Positions 60,914 through 64,000 of a stretch of 64,000 nt of DNA are shown here, piece after piece. The DNA comes from Tubiluchus corallicola (taxonomy: Eukaryota; Animalia; Priapulida). Numbering within the stretch: the first letter of the stretch is position 1; each line of letters starts with the position of its first letter. Location of the stretch: positions 27,183 through 91,182 of the forward strand of contig JAQGDQ010000827.1 of NCBI GenBank assembly GCA_030141605.1, written 5' to 3'. Position numbers and translations under genes: made by a program. The notes under the pieces are model-generated. The model did not search any database, had not been told where the DNA came from, and saw only the letters and a program-made list of their open reading frames with translations.

Positions 60914-62386
60914 CTATGTTATAATAGTCTCCAATGCTGCGGTGCTGTCGTTAATGTTGGCTAGAAATATCTGGCGTATTTCCGCTTGCATCCACTTTTT
61001 GTCGGCCAGTTCGTTCAGTTTCTGCTCGTATGTTTCGGGCACTGGCTTTTCGTAAAATGCGTCGAACATCTGAGCTAGGCGCCGCGATGAGCATCGTCCA
61101 AAATATACCTTTTTGTCAATACAGTCGGTCTGATTGTGCATAGGTAGTAGCTCTGGGCAATTCGTGTTAATGACCATCATTCTTCCGTCCATTTCCATCA
61201 TGCCATCCAACAACTTTAGCAGATCTAACAGAACCGTTTTGTGCAATTTTTTGCATTCCTGTCTATCGTCACCTTCTATGTGGCATGCGTGGTCCATATA
61301 TTGTAAAACATAGAGCCGTTTTTGAAGGGGAATTTCTTTTTCATTTATGTGGCTATCGTAAAATATGTGGCTCAATTGATTTCTCGTTTTTATACAGCTT
61401 ATGGGCACAGAGATGACGTGGCGCTTAGTGTAGTTGGCTAGAGCTTTTATTGTACTTGTAATTCCGCATCCATCTTCTCCGTGGAAGAGGAATCCAATGG
61501 TGTGTGGAATCCCTCTTTTGTTGAACCACTCTTTGTTGTGTAAGAAAAAGTCGACAAGTTCTACAATTTTGTCCTTTTCTTCGTGGAAAATGTTGTCGAA
61601 CGTGACGCGAGAGCGGAATAAAAACTCTTCGAAGGGTTTTTCATCAACTTCGCTCGACCCGGATTCGTGTGGATCATAAACAAAGTAAAACAGTGTCTTT
61701 TCCGCTTCAATTTTCAAGTGAGTTACATATTCGTCTTTGCACTTTTCAATGAAAGTCGTCAACTGCTCAACATTGAGCTCCTTCGAATAGATTTTTATGT
61801 CGCACGCCGACGCTTCATCTTGCGTGGTATCGTAATCGGATTTCTCGCTTTCGGCTTCTGTTTTTGGGGGAAACACTTGGCAGTGAATGTTTTCAGCCAA
61901 GACAAAAGGTTTGCCCTTGTTTATAATAAGGTCTAGCATGTCATCCTTACCATTCCATGTCATCCTTGCCATGTCCTTCGGAAATACTGGTATTACATCA
62001 GTAAGCTTTTTAATTTCATTCTTCATTTGATGGATGCGTTTTATTTTGTGCATAACGGCCGAGTGTTCAAGTTCTACTTCTCCAGTGCTGCCACCTTGTA
62101 TTTTGATTACAGACCATCTACACCATATCAGTTTCTCAATAAGAAGTTGTGAGTAGTAGTTAATTAGACTAGTAATTTTTTTTCTTGTGTTAGACATGCG
62201 ACTTACAATGTAGTAGTCAATCAGACTCCCTATTTCTGTTCTTAGGCTGTACATTAAAGTTAGAAGAAATGTAGATAAGCAGAACAGCACGATGCTTATT
62301 AACGTGTCCAAATAAACGTTCCCAGTTTTATACTTGACGAATAATGCAGCATATTTGAATTTCTCTTCTATTTGTTGCCCATCCAT
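60914..62386 (-). CDS. Intronless BCS1-like AAA+ family protein with N-terminal hydrophobic segment and degenerate catalytic motifs
   Basis: 490-codon ORF from the ATG at 62386 (MDGQQ; open frame extends to 62446). Contains TFDNIFHEEKDKIVELVDFFLHNKEWFNKRGIPHTIGFLFHGEDGCGITSTIKALANYTKRH, LLKLLDGMME and GRMMVINTN, all BCS1-type AAA signatures. Confidence 0.85.
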   Translation of the reverse strand: MDGQQIEEKFKYAALFVKYKTGNVYLDTLISIVLFCLSTFLLTLMYSLRTEIGSLIDYYIVSRMSNTRKKITSLINYYSQLLIEKLIWCRWSVIKIQGGSTGEVELEHSAVMHKIKRIHQMKNEIKKLTDVIPVFPKDMARMTWNGKDDMLDLIINKGKPFVLAENIHCQVFPPKTEAESEKSDYDTTQDEASACDIKIYSKELNVEQLTTFIEKCKDEYVTHLKIEAEKTLFYFVYDPHESGSSEVDEKPFEEFLFRSRVTFDNIFHEEKDKIVELVDFFLHNKEWFNKRGIPHTIGFLFHGEDGCGITSTIKALANYTKRHVISVPISCIKTRNQLSHIFYDSHINEKEIPLQKRLYVLQYMDHACHIEGDDRQECKKLHKTVLLDLLKLLDGMMEMDGRMMVINTNCPELLPMHNQTDCIDKKVYFGRCSSRRLAQMFDAFYEKPVPETYEQKLNELADKKWMQAEIRQIFLANINDSTAALETIIT

Positions 62387-62550
62387 GACTGCAGCTAGCG
62401 AAACAATACAACGACTGCAGTTGTGATGCTTGACCTGACTAGGCACCTTTCTGAATACAGACTCTTGGCAAGATGTTGAGATGTATCAGTGATTGCACAG
62501 TTTCTAGTAAACATGAATGCATTGTAATTACACTACTATGTTACCACAGT

Positions 62551-62741
62551 AATAGTAAGTAAGTAAGTAAGTATCTTTATTTATCACCTTTTTTACAAAA
62601 AAAAAAAACACAGAGCATGAAATGATAATATGATACAAAGTGACAAGATTGTTAAATGAGTAAATTATCTGAGTTAGTGATGTTCAAGTGATTGGTGAAA
62701 GGGTGGCGAAAAACTGAAAGTTATCAAAGTCAACCACCCTG
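62551..62741 (-). mobile_element. Retroposon 3' end with (ACTT)n tail; homolog at 1-120
   Basis: 62621-62741 matches 1-120 (ACAAAGTGACAAGATT...GTCAACCACCCTG). AATAAA and a tetranucleotide tail lie on the minus strand. Confidence 0.6.
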
Positions 62742-62963
62742 TAAGTAATGTTGCTATTAGTAATATGCGCGATTATGTTGACGAAGATTTCAGAATAAGA
62801 CGTGTAAAACTACTGAGATTAAGTTTAAATTTGAACATGAATATCATGGCATAAAGGCATAATAAATACATATAATGTTGATATTCTAAGCAATGTGTAG
62901 ATTTACGCAGATAGAATTGCCTTACAATTTTAGTAGTAGCAATAAATTCCTTGAGTTTATTGA

Positions 62964-64000
62964 TTACAGCTGCATGTCTTTAAAATAGTAACAATAATTT
63001 CATGCCCCTGATGGAGCATAGACAGAGATGATTACAGTAGCATGCCTTTAAAATAGCAACAATGATTTCATGCCCTTGGAGTATAGAAAGAGATGATTAC
63101 AGCAGCATGCCTTTAAAATAGCAACAATAATTTCATGCCAGTGATGGAGCAGAAACAGAGATGATTACAGCAGCATGCCTTTAAAATAGCAACAATAATT
63201 TCATGCCCCTGATGGAGCATAGACAGAGATGATTACAGCAGCATGCCTTTAAAATAGCAACAATAATTTCATGCCCCTGATGGAGCATAGAAAGAGATGA
63301 TCACAGCAGCATGCCTTTAAAATAGCAACAATAATTTCATGCTCCTGATGGAGCATAGAGAGAGATGATTACAGCAGCATGCCTTTAAAATAGCAACAAT
63401 AATTTCATGCCCCTGATGGAGCATAGACAGAGATGATTACAGCAGCATGTCTTTAAAATAGCAACAATAATTTCATGCCCCTGATGGAGCATAGAAAGAG
63501 ATGATTACAGCAGCATGCCTTTAAAATAGCAACAATAATTTCATGCCTCTGATGGAGTATAGAAAGAGATGATTACAGCAGCATGCCTTTAAAATAGCAA
63601 CAATAATTTCATGCTCTGATGGAGCATAGACAGAGATGATTACAGCAGCATGCCTTTAAAATAGCAACAATAATATCACGCCCCTGATGGAGCAGAGACA
63701 GAGATGATTACAGCTGCATGTCTTTAAAATAGTAACAATAATTTCATGCCCCTGATGGAGCATAGACAGAGATGATTACAGCAGCATGCCTTTAAAATAG
63801 CAACAATAATTTCATGCCCGTGATGGAGCATAGAAAGAGATGATTACAGCTGCATGCCTTTAAAATAGCAACAATAATTTCATGCCCCTGATGGAGCATA
63901 GAAAGAGATGATTACAGCAGCATGCCTTTAAAATAGCAACAATAATTTCATGCCCCTGATGGAGCATAGACAGAGATGATTACAGCAGCATGCCTTTAAA
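62964..64000. repeat. 68-bp tandem satellite, about 15 units, running off the window end
   Basis: Unit AATAATTTCATGCCCCTGATGGAGCATAGACAGAGATGATTACAGCAGCATGCCTTTAAAATAGCAAC. Confidence 0.97.

Noticed and set aside
61434-61936. Plus-strand ORFs overlapping the AAA gene
   Set aside because: Antisense shadows of the real minus-strand ORF.
62964-64000. Satellite hammerhead ribozyme (CTGATGG...GAAA in some units)
   Set aside because: The core is CUGAUGG rather than CUGANGA, GAAA occurs in only some units, and stems II and III cannot be drawn.

Overview
AT-rich, intron- and repeat-rich eukaryotic DNA, most likely from an invertebrate animal. Two ciliary genes lie head-to-head. On the minus strand is a complete 20-exon axonemal dynein intermediate chain gene (DNAI4/WDR78, about 801 aa, 1984-36597) with a perfect RFX X-box about 100 bp upstream of its ATG. 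On the plus strand is a CEP83/CCDC41-like coiled-coil gene from 39975, with 11 exons traced to 56500 and the C-terminal exons not found. An intronless BCS1-like AAA ORF (60914-62386, minus) has degenerate Walker A, Walker B and arginine-finger motifs and may sit inside a CEP83 intron. Introns contain hAT, Tc1/mariner-pogo and piggyBac MITEs, four solo LTRs with 5-bp TSDs, LINE fragments, three 5S-headed SINE3 copies, a tRNA SINE, and 84-, 106- and 68-bp tandem arrays. The most notable items are: (1) a 517-bp non-coding retroposon whose first base is G1 of a candidate HDV-like ribozyme; (2) SINE3s whose body seems to start with a disabled version of a related fold; (3) a tandem array that multiplies a real splice acceptor, with a LINE inserted in the outermost copy; (4) the AAA pseudo-ATPase. 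All calls come from reading the sequence by eye; no database searches were run.
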